A stretch of 64,000 nt of DNA from Candidatus Eiseniibacteriota bacterium. Lineage in GTDB: Bacteria; Eisenbacteria; RBG-16-71-46; CAIMUX01. A program made the translations under genes and the position numbers. The notes beneath the pieces are model-generated. The model ran no database searches, was not told where the DNA came from, and saw only the letters and a program-made list of their open reading frames with translations. Where the stretch lies: assembly GCA_903844735.1 (NCBI GenBank), contig CAIMUX010000086.1, positions 9,074-73,073 of the forward strand, given 5' to 3'. Shown in pieces: positions 1-8,359 of the stretch (its first letter is position 1; each line of letters opens with the position of its first letter).

Positions 1-35
1 GAGGCGGGTGCGCTGCAGGCGGAGCTGGTGGTCCT

Positions 36-1202
36 GTGAGCGGCGAATCGCTGATCGGGCCCTCCGTGAACGGCGTTCGCGCTGCGGCTGCCTCCGGCGC
101 TGCTGCTGCCACCTTTCCCAAAGGGGGGGTGGCGGCCGGTGCGGCCCCACAAGGAGGGACGGCGGGGGGCGCGAGTGAGAGCTCGGCGGCGGCCCGGCGC
201 GCGGCGAAAGCGATGCGTGACTTCCAGGCGGTCTTTCTCATGGAAATGATGAAGCCGCTGACGCAGGAGCTTGCGGGGGCGCCCGCTGAGGACGCGGCGG
301 ACACCGGCTTCGGGCTTTCGAGCGGTGCCGATGTCTACTCCTACTTCTGGGGCGAGGCTCTCGCGCAGCACCTGGCTGGGGCGCTCCCAGGGCTTCCAGG
401 ATTGACCGCCGTCGAGGGAAAGCGGAGTCCTGCGACGAGTGTGGTCCCCAACGGAGGGACGCCAGCGTACAGGGGCACGATCTTTTCCGGGGAAACGCCC
501 CCAGACGGGGGCACGACGGTCCGCGCCGGACTCTCCGCCGTGGTCGGGTCGGCGGGCCGTCTGGCGACTGCCGGGGTCTTGGCGGAGGAACTTCGTTTCG
601 CGGGAATCCCGGTCACCGGGATCGATCCGCTCGCGGCCGGTGTCACCTTGGATGGTGTCTCCGCGCTTGCCGCGGCGGGCGCGGTGCCGGCCGATGCCAC
701 CATGGTGTCGGTTCCCTCCGATGCGGCCCTCGCCGAAGCCACCGTGGCCGCGAGCCTCTCTGTCGCGACGGTAGTACCGTCCCGCGGCGTTTCGGGCCTT
801 TCGAAAGATGTGCACGCCCTCGCGGGGAAGGCAGGCCGGTTGTTCTCGCTGCCGGAGAATCTCGTGCGGGCCATCGTCACGGTAGAGTCCGGCGGCCGGA
901 CGAACGCTGTCTCAGACAAGGGGGCGGTCGGCCTGATGCAACTCATGCCCGGCACGGCCAAGGAGATGGGGGTCAAGGACCCGCTGAACGCGTGGGACAA
1001 TCTGGTCGGCGGGGCGAAGTACCTCGCCCGGCAGCTCGAGCGATTCGGTCGCCTCGACCACGCTCTCGCTGCCTACAATGCGGGTCCCGGCGCGGTGGAG
1101 AAGCATGCCGGCGTGCCTCCGTTCGCGGAAACCCGCGATTACGTTCGCCGCGTCCTTCAGGCCAAGGCCCGGCTCGATCGCGCCAACCCCGCCGGTGCCT
1201 GA
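36..1202 (+). CDS. flgJ: FlgJ-like flagellar rod assembly protein: N-terminal rod-binding domain fused to a C-terminal family-1 lytic transglycosylase (SLT) domain
   Basis: N-terminal 'AARRAAKAMRDFQAVFLMEMMKPL...VYSYFWGEALAQHLA' resembles the FlgJ rod-binding domain. C-terminal 'VESGGRTNAVSDKGAVGLMQLMPGTAKEMGV...AAYNAGPGAV' carries the SLT catalytic signature (ES..GLMQ..AYNAG). Sits immediately upstream of flgK/flgL. The start may be GTG at 36 or lie upstream of the window. Confidence 0.6.
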   Translation: MSGESLIGPSVNGVRAAAASGAAAATFPKGGVAAGAAPQGGTAGGASESSAAARRAAKAMRDFQAVFLMEMMKPLTQELAGAPAEDAADTGFGLSSGADVYSYFWGEALAQHLAGALPGLPGLTAVEGKRSPATSVVPNGGTPAYRGTIFSGETPPDGGTTVRAGLSAVVGSAGRLATAGVLAEELRFAGIPVTGIDPLAAGVTLDGVSALAAAGAVPADATMVSVPSDAALAEATVAASLSVATVVPSRGVSGLSKDVHALAGKAGRLFSLPENLVRAIVTVESGGRTNAVSDKGAVGLMQLMPGTAKEMGVKDPLNAWDNLVGGAKYLARQLERFGRLDHALAAYNAGPGAVEKHAGVPPFAETRDYVRRVLQAKARLDRANPAGA

Positions 1203-1509
1203 GACAGGGCTGTCGCCGCCCAACCCTCAGCCGGCGTCACCGACCGCGGCCCCGCCTCCCCGCACCTGTGATTCGGAGTAGTGCCCATGCCGCCGCAAGC
1301 GTCGGCTCCACGAGCCATGAAGCGGTGCTAGATTGTCTGGGTGAGGTCCGGCGCAGAGGCTCCGCGCCCGACCTGCCCGGCGCTCGCGGTGGCGGGGTTG
1401 CGCGAAGACGAACGTCTCCCCGACGGCCCCGACAGCCTGTCACAACCGAAGTGCGTCTTGCGACCACCCGGAAACCGACGCGCGGTTGCTCTATGAACTC
1501 GTCGGAGAC

Positions 1510-1548
1510 GCCCGAATCCCGAGTCCCGAAGCCCACTCCGAATCTCAG
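1510..1548. repeat. Copy A of a recurring intergenic CCGAA-rich motif ending CTCCGAATCTCAG
   Basis: 'cccgaatcccgagtcccgaagcccactccgaatctcag' lies about 75 nt upstream of the putative flgN start. The identical 13-mer recurs at 10558-10570 and 63308-63320. Confidence 0.5.
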
Positions 1549-1621
1549 CCCAAGACGCTGTCGCTTCCACCTCAAGAAGCGTTTCCATCGGGTCGATATC
1601 ACTCTTGAGGAGAATCCAAGG

Positions 1622-2107
1622 ATGACGAGGCCAGGGAAGGCAGCCGAGGGACCGGCGGAAGCGCTCGCCGCGGAGCTGGAAGCCGCGCGCGGACTCCTTT
1701 CCGTGCAACGAGAGCTGGAAGCGGCCCTGCTTGGCGGTGCTGACGGGGAAGCGGTGCTGGCCTGCGTCCGACGGCAAGAGGCCACGGTGCGAGAGGCTCA
1801 GGTGGCGACCCATGCGCGCCGTCTGTTTTTCGGCGGGCCGGGATCGCTCGAGCCTTTCCTCGCGGGACGGCCGGCGGCTGAGGCGGAGCAACTCCGGCGA
1901 CTGGCCCGTGACGCGGCTGGCTTGCGTGAGGAGATCCGCGACAGCGCCCGGCGCGCCGACTATGTCGCGCGCCGCGCAGTGGAGTGGACGCGGGCCCAGG
2001 TGGAGATCGTGGTGCGCGCGGTCAGCGGGCCGGCGGTGACCTACGACGCGCCCGGCGCGTCGCGTCGGCCGCGGGGAGCGCCGTCGCTGCTCGACCGCTC
2101 GGCCTGA
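1622..2107 (+). CDS. Candidate FlgN-like flagellar export chaperone (helical protein directly upstream of flgK)
   Basis: ATG at 1622 lies in frame within ORF 992..2107. Product 'MTRPGKAAEGPAEALAAELEAARGLLSVQRELEAALL...' is about 161 aa, alanine/arginine-rich and predicted helical. Position matches flgN in flgN-flgK-flgL operons. The upstream 992-1621 part of the ORF is Arg/Pro-rich junk. No strong family signature. Confidence 0.3.
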   Translation: MTRPGKAAEGPAEALAAELEAARGLLSVQRELEAALLGGADGEAVLACVRRQEATVREAQVATHARRLFFGGPGSLEPFLAGRPAAEAEQLRRLARDAAGLREEIRDSARRADYVARRAVEWTRAQVEIVVRAVSGPAVTYDAPGASRRPRGAPSLLDRSA

Positions 2108-2191
2108 CAGAAACGGGAGCCGTCTCCCGACGGAGGCGCACCGGGCGGAGTGCCATGAGGGCGCTCCGGGAACAGAGAGGGAAGGGAGTCC

Positions 2192-3547
2192 ATGCCGGGT
2201 CTCGTGCAGGGATTGGAAATCGCCCGGCGCGCGCTCTTCGCGCACCAAGCCTCGCTTAACGTCACCGGGAACAACATCGCCAACGTGTCTACTCCCGGCT
2301 ATACCAGGCAGGTGGTCGATCTCGTGCCGAGCCCCTCGGAGCGCACGCCCGAAGGGGTGCTCGGCACCGGCGTCGTCATGCAGTCGGTCAAGCGGGCGCG
2401 GGACATCTTCCTCGACATCCAGATCCGCGACGAGATGGGCCTGGCGGGAAAGTGGTCGGCACGGTCTAACATTCTGACCCAGGTGGAAAGCGTCATCAAC
2501 GAACCGTCCGATGATGGCCTCAGCAGCCTTCTGGACGGCTTTTGGGACTCCTGGCTCGATCTCTCCAACAACCCCGAGGATCCGGCCGCTCGCTCCGTGG
2601 TGGTGCAGAGCGGCGTCACCCTTGCCGATGGACTGCGCCAGACGGACTTCCGTCTCCGCCAGATCATGGATGCCGCCGACGCCGACATCGAGCAGCGGGT
2701 GGCCAATCTGAACTCCCTCTTCCAGGAGGCGGCCAACCTGAACGCCCAGATCCGACGCGCGGAGGTGGGCGGCGGCGTCGAATCCAACCTGCGCGATCGG
2801 CGCGACCTGATCCTCGACGAATTGGCGCAGAAGGGCGGCGCGACCAACCTCGTGCGGACCGACGGCACGGTGGTGGTGCGCATGGGAGGTCGTACGGTCG
2901 TCGAGGGAAACAGCTCCGTCCCCCTCGAAGCCCAGCGCTACAACGACGACGGTCGCGTCCGAGTGCGCATCGTCTTCGCGGAGGACAAGACTTCCCCATC
3001 GTTCCTCTCCGGTGAACTGGCGGGCCTGTTGGAGGCGCGGGATCAGGTTCTGCCCGACTTCCTCAGCAAGATGGATCAGATGACGCAGGCGATCACAACG
3101 TCGGTAAACCGCATCCACGAGGCCGGCCCGTCACACCTTCCGTTCTTCCGTGGAGACCGGGCCCAGATCCTCGAGGTGGTTCCGGAGATCGCCGGCGACC
3201 CGAGCCAGGTCAATGCGGGCACCACGGGGGATGCGGGGGACAACGACATCGCGCTCGCGGTGGCGGCCCTGCGCGACGCTCGGGTCATGAGTCGCAGCAC
3301 CGCCTCGATCCCCGACTTCTACCGGAGCGTCGTCGCCGAGATAGGCTCGCTCGGGCAGCAGGCCAAGTTGCTCAGTGACAGCCAGGACAAGGCAGTGCAG
3401 TCCGTCGAAGCGCAGCGGCAATCGGCCATCGGGGTGAACCTCGACGAGGAGCTGACCCGAATGATGACCACCCAAAAGGCGTACGAAGCCGCGGCCCGGC
3501 TCTTCAGCACAGTGAGCACCATGCTCGACACTCTGCTGAAGATGTAG
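2192..3547 (+). CDS. flgK: Flagellar hook-associated protein 1 FlgK
   Basis: N-terminus 'MPGLVQGLEIARRALFAHQASLNVTGNNIANVSTPGYTRQ' and C-terminal 'LTRMMTTQKAYEAAARLFSTVSTMLDTLL' are classic FlgK termini. 451 aa. Confidence 0.9.
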   Translation: MPGLVQGLEIARRALFAHQASLNVTGNNIANVSTPGYTRQVVDLVPSPSERTPEGVLGTGVVMQSVKRARDIFLDIQIRDEMGLAGKWSARSNILTQVESVINEPSDDGLSSLLDGFWDSWLDLSNNPEDPAARSVVVQSGVTLADGLRQTDFRLRQIMDAADADIEQRVANLNSLFQEAANLNAQIRRAEVGGGVESNLRDRRDLILDELAQKGGATNLVRTDGTVVVRMGGRTVVEGNSSVPLEAQRYNDDGRVRVRIVFAEDKTSPSFLSGELAGLLEARDQVLPDFLSKMDQMTQAITTSVNRIHEAGPSHLPFFRGDRAQILEVVPEIAGDPSQVNAGTTGDAGDNDIALAVAALRDARVMSRSTASIPDFYRSVVAEIGSLGQQAKLLSDSQDKAVQSVEAQRQSAIGVNLDEELTRMMTTQKAYEAAARLFSTVSTMLDTLLKM

Positions 3548-3555
3548 GAGAAACG

Positions 3556-4473
3556 ATGCCCACGCAGAGGATTTCCACGAAGACGCTCTATGACGCCATC
3601 GCCTCGTCGATCGGCGCGCGCAGCCAGCGGATCCTCAAACTGCAGTTGTCGGTCGCCGACGGGCGTGCGGTGCGCGCGCCTTCCGACGACCCGGTGCGCG
3701 CCCAGCAGGCGATGTGGTACCGGGAGCAGAAGCGGGAGAGCGAGCAGTACGAGCGGACCCTGCAGTCGGTGACGATTTCGCTGAGCGCCACCGAGAACAC
3801 CCTCAGCAATATTTCCGATGTCATTTCCGAGGCGCGCGATCTGCAGGTGCGCGGGTCCAATGACGCGATGGAAAACGACGCCCGGATCGCCTATGCCGCT
3901 CAGGTCGACCAGGAGCTGGAGCTCTTGCTCAGTCTGGCCAATGACCGCTTCGCCGGGACCTATACTTTCGGCGGGCGCAACAACATGACGGCGCCCTATA
4001 CGGCGGAGCGAGACGCGTCGGGGCGAATCGTGGGGGTGTCGACCAACCCCCGAGGGATCGAGGGGAAGCTCATTCGCCGGGTCGGTCCGGATGTTTTGCT
4101 CACTGTCAACGTCGCCGGGGCCGATCTCTTCGGGAAGGACGGGGCGGCGTTTCAGTCTCTGATCGCCCTGCGCACGGCACTCGAGATGGGCGACGGAGAC
4201 AGGATCCGGGCGATGGCAGCCCCGATGGGAAGCGCGCTCGACCGCGTGGCGAAGGCCAGTTCCGTCCAGGGTGCGTTGTCGGGCCGGGTGGATGCTCTGC
4301 TCGGGAGGGCCGGCCGCGAGCTGATCAGCTATGAGGCCGGCCGGTCGCAGGCGGAGGATCTCGACGTGGCCCAGGCCGTTGTGGACCTCCAACAGGAACA
4401 GGTCGCGCTCCAGGCCGCCTTGAAGTCGGGGGCGCAGATTCTCAATCTGAGCCTGCTGGACTACATCGTGTGA
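3556..4473 (+). CDS. flgL: Flagellar hook-associated protein 3 FlgL
   Basis: Flagellin-like termini ('...[38 protein letters not shown]' and C-terminal '[21 protein letters not shown]'). 305 aa, immediately after flgK. Confidence 0.85.
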   Translation: MPTQRISTKTLYDAIASSIGARSQRILKLQLSVADGRAVRAPSDDPVRAQQAMWYREQKRESEQYERTLQSVTISLSATENTLSNISDVISEARDLQVRGSNDAMENDARIAYAAQVDQELELLLSLANDRFAGTYTFGGRNNMTAPYTAERDASGRIVGVSTNPRGIEGKLIRRVGPDVLLTVNVAGADLFGKDGAAFQSLIALRTALEMGDGDRIRAMAAPMGSALDRVAKASSVQGALSGRVDALLGRAGRELISYEAGRSQAEDLDVAQAVVDLQQEQVALQAALKSGAQILNLSLLDYIV

Positions 4474-4963
4474 GGGGGGACAGGATGATCCTGCATTCGA
4501 AGACGCTGGGTAGGCTGGAGGTCGGCGACAGCTCCTTCCTCTACTGTACCGACGGCCTGGTGGGGTTCGAGGAATACAAGAAGTACTACCTCGCCGAAGT
4601 GCCGGAGTACGGCCCCTTCCTCTGGATGATGTCCGTCGAGGAGCCGGACCTCGGGTTCGCCGTGGCCGACCCGCAGCTCTTTTTTCCCGGTCACTACGAG
4701 GTGAGCCTGGGGGAGTGTGATCGCGATGGCCTCGATCTGCAACCGGGGGATACCATCTCGATCTTCGTGATAGTCTCGATCATGGATGGCGGTCGGCGGA
4801 TTACGGCCAACCTCAAAGGCCCGGTGGTTCTCAATCGAGGAACCGGATCTGCCGCCAGATCGTCATTTACAACCCTGCGTACTCGATGCGGCAGCCGTTG
4901 CTGGTGCCGAGCGAAGAACGGATCGCCTTTGCGGAGAACGCCCGCGGACGGGTGGCGGCCTAA
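4470..4963 (+). pseudogene. fliW: Flagellar assembly factor FliW interrupted by an apparent -1 frameshift near 4840-4848 (possible sequencing indel)
   Basis: Frame A gives '[65 protein letters not shown]...[16 protein letters not shown]', then Arg/Ser-rich nonsense. The conserved FliW C-terminus '[38 protein letters not shown]' continues in the -1 frame and ends at TAA 4961-4963. Restoring one G after 'accgg' (4843-4846) gives an intact ~165-aa FliW. Confidence 0.6.
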
Positions 4964-5009
4964 GGGTGATGGAGGGAGCGGCAGGGATCGCCGCTTCGGG
5001 AGGCCCAGC

Positions 5010-5351
5010 ATGCTGATTCTCACAAGGAAGTTCGGGGAGAACATCCGGATTGGGGACAAGATCAAGATCATCATTCTCGATGTGAAGGGCGGCCAAGTGA
5101 AACTGGGGATCGATGCCCCCGCGAACATCACCGTCCACCGCGAGGAGATCTACGAGCGAATCCGTGAGGAAAACCGCCGCGCTTCAGGGATTTCGGCGAA
5201 GGCGCTCCGGGACGTCGCCCACATTTTCAACAAAGGGAAGAGTCAGCGGGCCATCCGCCGGGGCGGGGGCGACGCGCCAACCGTGAGCGAGGTGGACAAC
5301 GGCGGGGACGACGGGGAGGACGACGACGAGGACCAGCAGGACGACCGCTAA
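5010..5351 (+). CDS. csrA: Carbon storage regulator CsrA (flagellin translational repressor, FliW partner) with a long acidic C-terminal extension
   Basis: '[53 protein letters not shown]' is a textbook CsrA core. ATG at 5010 is preceded by GGGAGG. The product is 113 aa, versus 60-75 typical, and ends in '[18 protein letters not shown]'. Confidence 0.85.
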   Translation: MLILTRKFGENIRIGDKIKIIILDVKGGQVKLGIDAPANITVHREEIYERIREENRRASGISAKALRDVAHIFNKGKSQRAIRRGGGDAPTVSEVDNGGDDGEDDDEDQQDDR

Positions 5352-5477
5352 GCTTGCTCTCTTTCTCTCCCCTCTCCGTGCGGCCGCCGGGATCCAGCCC
5401 TGGCGGCCGTTTTGCTTCTGCGGTGGGGTCCACCTGTCACGTTGTCTTTCCACTGTCGCTTCGACGGTATCTTTTTC

Positions 5478-5504
5478 TAAAGGTTCCTTCTCGTCACCCG
5501 AAAA
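5478..5504 (+). promoter_or_regulatory. Candidate sigma-28 (FliA) class-III promoter for the flagellin gene
   Basis: 'TAAAG-N15-cCCGAAAA' (ctaaaggttccttctcgtcacccgaaaac) approximates TAAA-N15-GCCGATAA, about 100 nt upstream of the flagellin ATG. Flagellin genes are typically sigma-28 dependent and fliA is present at 56279. Confidence 0.3.
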
Positions 5505-5517
5505 CAAGAGTAAGGCA

Positions 5518-5535
5518 GCCTCCTTTTGAGGAGGC
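5518..5535 (+). promoter_or_regulatory. Stem-loop in the flagellin 5' leader (gcctcc-ttttga-ggaggc) with GGA-containing elements; candidate CsrA binding region
   Basis: Inverted repeat read directly from the sequence. A second A(N)GGA element (acagggag) overlaps the SD at 5586-5593. This parallels the two CsrA sites in Bacillus hag leaders. Confidence 0.25.
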
Positions 5536-5602
5536 ACGCCAAGCCACAGGGTACGGAAACCCGGTCCGCCCACGGGGCGACCAGAACAGGGAGTGATCCG
5601 AG

Positions 5603-6442
5603 ATGGCAACCAGCGACCTGACCAGAATCCGGTCAAACATCCAGGGCATGAACATCCTCTCGACGCTCCGTGACGTGAACAACTCGGTGGCCACCCACCA
5701 GCTGCGTCTCGGCACGGGCCGCCGCATCAACTCGGCCAGCGACGACCCGGCGGGCATGAGCATCGCCACGAAGCTGGACAACCGTAACCGCATCCTATCG
5801 GCGGTCTACGACAACATCGGGCAGGCGAAGAACATGCTGGCGGTCGCGGAGGGCGGCCTGCTCAGCATCAACGACATCCTCGTCCTCTTGAGCGAGAAGA
5901 TCATCAGTTCCGCCAGCGACACTCTGGCCGACGAAGATCGCGGGGCGATCAGCACGCAGTTGGAGTCGATGGTCGCGGAGATCGGCGACATCGCTGAGCA
6001 GACCGCCTTCGGCGGGACAGCCATTCTCAACTCTGAAAAGGTGCTCAATTTCCAGACCGGGGAGACCACGGCGACGACCTACCAGACGCGCAAGTACGAT
6101 GCGGTGTCCCTCGGGCTCTCGAACCTCGTGTCGCTTACTGCTGATACCATCATCAACTCCGAGAACTATCAGGACTTTCTCAGTGAGGTCGGCACTGCTC
6201 TGAGGACGGTGAGCACCGGTCTGACCGGCATCGGGTCGCTGACCAACCGCCTCACGATGAAGGAAGCCTCGATCTCGCTGACGCAGAGCAACACCGAGGC
6301 CGCCTACAGCCGGATCCGCAACGCCGACATGGCCGCGGAGCAGTTGGAGCTGACCAAGATGCAGATCCTGCAGCAGACGGCGACGTCGATGCTGGCGCAA
6401 GCCAACACCAACTCGCAGTCGATCCTGACTCTCTTTAGATAA
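5603..6442 (+). CDS. fliC: Flagellin (short, 279 aa)
   Basis: N-terminus 'MATSDLTRIRSNIQGMNILSTLRDVNNSVATHQLRLGTGRRINSASDDPAGMSIATKL' and C-terminus 'AAEQLELTKMQILQQTATSMLAQANTNSQSILTLFR' are canonical flagellin D0/D1. SD 'cagggag' lies upstream. Confidence 0.9.
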   Translation: MATSDLTRIRSNIQGMNILSTLRDVNNSVATHQLRLGTGRRINSASDDPAGMSIATKLDNRNRILSAVYDNIGQAKNMLAVAEGGLLSINDILVLLSEKIISSASDTLADEDRGAISTQLESMVAEIGDIAEQTAFGGTAILNSEKVLNFQTGETTATTYQTRKYDAVSLGLSNLVSLTADTIINSENYQDFLSEVGTALRTVSTGLTGIGSLTNRLTMKEASISLTQSNTEAAYSRIRNADMAAEQLELTKMQILQQTATSMLAQANTNSQSILTLFR

Positions 6443-6458
6443 CCGGTGAAGTAGCGGG

Positions 6459-6486
6459 CCGCGGCGGAACCTTGGTTCTGCCGCGG
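6459..6486 (+). terminator. GC-rich hairpin directly after the flagellin stop (possible partial terminator or attenuator before fliS)
   Basis: 'ccgcggcgg-aaccttggtt-ctgccgcgg' forms a near-perfect 9-bp stem. No U-tract follows; it is followed by the RBS aaggagga of fliS. Confidence 0.3.
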
Positions 6487-6504
6487 TAAGGAGGAGCCCG
6501 CACG

Positions 6505-6882
6505 GTGACCTGGCAAACAAGCGCTGATCCCCGCCGGATCTATCGGGCTCAGCAAGTGGCAAACGAGAGCCCCGGGCGGCTCGTGCTCTTAGTCTACGAC
6601 ACAGCCCTGCGGGCGTGCCGCCGAGGACAGCGCGGACTGCTCATGCGCGTGCTCCACGAGCTCATCGCGGGCCTCGACCTGGAGCAGGGTGAAGTCGCGG
6701 TGGGCCTGCTTCGGCTCTACGAGTACGCGCTCTGGCAGCTCCGCGAGGGCAACCTCGAGGAGGTTCGTCTGGTTCTCCAGGGTCTGCGTGAGGCCTGGGC
6801 GAAAGGCCTGGATGAGGAAGAGGGACGGGCGGCGGCCCGGCGCGGGAGTTTCCCGGCGTCGACCGGCGTTCCGGGGCGTTGA
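6505..6882 (+). CDS. fliS: Flagellin-specific chaperone FliS
   Basis: '...LVLLVYDTALRACRRGQ...LHELIAGLDLEQGEVAVGLLRLYEYALWQLREGNLEEVRLVLQGLREAW' matches the FliS family pattern. GTG start with RBS AAGGAGGA. Confidence 0.75.
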   Translation: MTWQTSADPRRIYRAQQVANESPGRLVLLVYDTALRACRRGQRGLLMRVLHELIAGLDLEQGEVAVGLLRLYEYALWQLREGNLEEVRLVLQGLREAWAKGLDEEEGRAAARRGSFPASTGVPGR

Positions 6883-6903
6883 TGTAGACGGGCGGATGGG
6901 ACG

Positions 6904-8334
6904 ATGGCTCTGACGAGCACGACGAGCACGGCTTCTACGGCAGTCCAGACAGCGGTCACGCAGTTGATGGTCACGGACCGGATTCCTCTGCAACGACTGC
7001 AGACCCAGAAGTCCGAATTGGCCGCCCGCACCACGGGGTACCAGGGGCTCGGCTCGAAGCTTTCCTCGCTGCTCACGCTCACGCGCTCCTTCGCGGCTAC
7101 CGGCTCACAGAATCCGCTGCGGAGCATCACGGTGACCGGGGGAGACCCCGCGGCTTTCACCGTGACGACGGACGGTACGGCGCAGCGGGGATCGCACACG
7201 GTCGAGGTGCTGCAGATCGCCACACGCCACGCGATCGCCTCGATTCCAGTCGATTCCAGCTCTCCGGCGACGGGGAGCGAGAAGGCGGCCGCGGCCCGCG
7301 AGGCCGGTCAGGCCCGCTTTCGGATCACCGCGGACGGGATCGTGCAGGACTACACTGTCGACCTTCTCGCGGGTGCCACGAGCGGCGAGGCGATGGATGC
7401 GATCGCGGAAGCGGTAAACGTCGCCGGCGGGCCCGTCACGGCCGGGGTGGTCGCGCAGGGGAACGGCCGTTCGTTGCTGGTTCTGCAGGGCGCCACGACC
7501 GGGGAGGCCGCCCGGATCACGGCGGTTGAGGACCTCGAGGGGACCTGGATGACAGACCTCGGACTCGCGGGGCAGGAAGGGCCGGATACCCCGCTTGCTT
7601 CCACGGTGCAGTCGGCGGCCGACGCCCGGCTGCGCATCGATGGTGTCGAGGTCAGCGCGCCCGAAAACAAGATCCGTAATCTGCTTTCGGGGGTGACCCT
7701 GGATCTGCACTCGACCTCGTCTCCGGTGGCCGTGCGCGCGGAACAGGACGCCGATGCCGTGGTCAACCAAATGCAGGCCTTCATCAGCAAGTACAACGCG
7801 GCCGTCGACGAAGTGCGCACCCTGACCCAGGCCGCTGACGAGACCGGGAAGAACCGAGGTCTCTTCGCCGGCGACAGCAGCGTTTCCCGTCTGCGCACGG
7901 CGTTGCGGGATGCGGTGGCGTTACCGGTATCCTCGGGGACAACCTTGCGCAGTCTGGCCGACCTCGGGGTGACGACCGACCGGGCAGGCCATCTTCAGAT
8001 GAGCGATGAGAGCAAGCTCCGCGACGTGCTTGATACCGATCCCCAGGGTGTGGAAACCCTCTGGACCGGGGCCGGCGGTGTGGCGACCCGGCTTGCCGGC
8101 GTACTGGAGGGATACAGCCCCACGGGGTCGACCTACTCGCGGCAAATCGAATCCTGGCGAAGCCAGTCGCGCGTCTTGGACCAACGCATTACCCAGGAGA
8201 ACACCAAATTGTCCCGCCGGGAAAAGGTTCTTACCGCCCAGGTCGCCCAGATGCAGGCCACCGTGGCCTCGCTGAAAGCACAGCAGACGTACATGGGAAG
8301 CATTTTGGCCTCGGGCGACAGTCTCTTTGGCTAG
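6904..8334 (+). CDS. fliD: Flagellar filament cap protein FliD (HAP2)
   Basis: N-terminal 'MVTDRIPLQRLQTQKSELAARTTGYQGLGSKLSSL' and C-terminal 'ENTKLSRREKVLTAQVAQMQATVASLKAQQTYM' are FliD hallmarks. 476 aa. Confidence 0.85.
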   Translation: MALTSTTSTASTAVQTAVTQLMVTDRIPLQRLQTQKSELAARTTGYQGLGSKLSSLLTLTRSFAATGSQNPLRSITVTGGDPAAFTVTTDGTAQRGSHTVEVLQIATRHAIASIPVDSSSPATGSEKAAAAREAGQARFRITADGIVQDYTVDLLAGATSGEAMDAIAEAVNVAGGPVTAGVVAQGNGRSLLVLQGATTGEAARITAVEDLEGTWMTDLGLAGQEGPDTPLASTVQSAADARLRIDGVEVSAPENKIRNLLSGVTLDLHSTSSPVAVRAEQDADAVVNQMQAFISKYNAAVDEVRTLTQAADETGKNRGLFAGDSSVSRLRTALRDAVALPVSSGTTLRSLADLGVTTDRAGHLQMSDESKLRDVLDTDPQGVETLWTGAGGVATRLAGVLEGYSPTGSTYSRQIESWRSQSRVLDQRITQENTKLSRREKVLTAQVAQMQATVASLKAQQTYMGSILASGDSLFG

Positions 8335-8359
8335 GTTCGCCGGTTGAGGGAGAAGGCCG

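Noticed and set aside
992-1621. N-terminal 210 codons of ORF 992..2107 as part of the flgN-like gene
   Set aside because: Extremely Arg/Pro/Ser-rich with no hydrophobic core. It overlaps the flgJ 3' end in another frame. The gene most plausibly starts at ATG 1622.
1078-1785. Possible flgM between flgJ and flgN (ORFs 1078..1281 +, 1237..1785 -)
   Set aside because: No FlgM-like C-terminal motif. A convincing FlgM is encoded at 8839-9318. The region holds the CCGAA-rich motif and is better explained as intergenic/regulatory.
1328-3118. 596-aa reverse-strand ORF, and many similar long antisense or alternate-frame ORFs (e.g. 3319..4392 -, 10567..12258 -, 12686..13612 -, 18892..20733 -, 23844..24974 -, 25068..26486 -, 29956..31095 -, 39337..40446 -, 40789..41769 -, 46203..47654 -, 62022..63899 -)
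   Set aside because: They overlap strongly supported flagellar, regulatory or IcmF genes on the opposite strand or in another frame. They translate to Arg/Pro/Gly-rich low-complexity text with no motifs. This is typical stop-codon depletion in 70% GC DNA.
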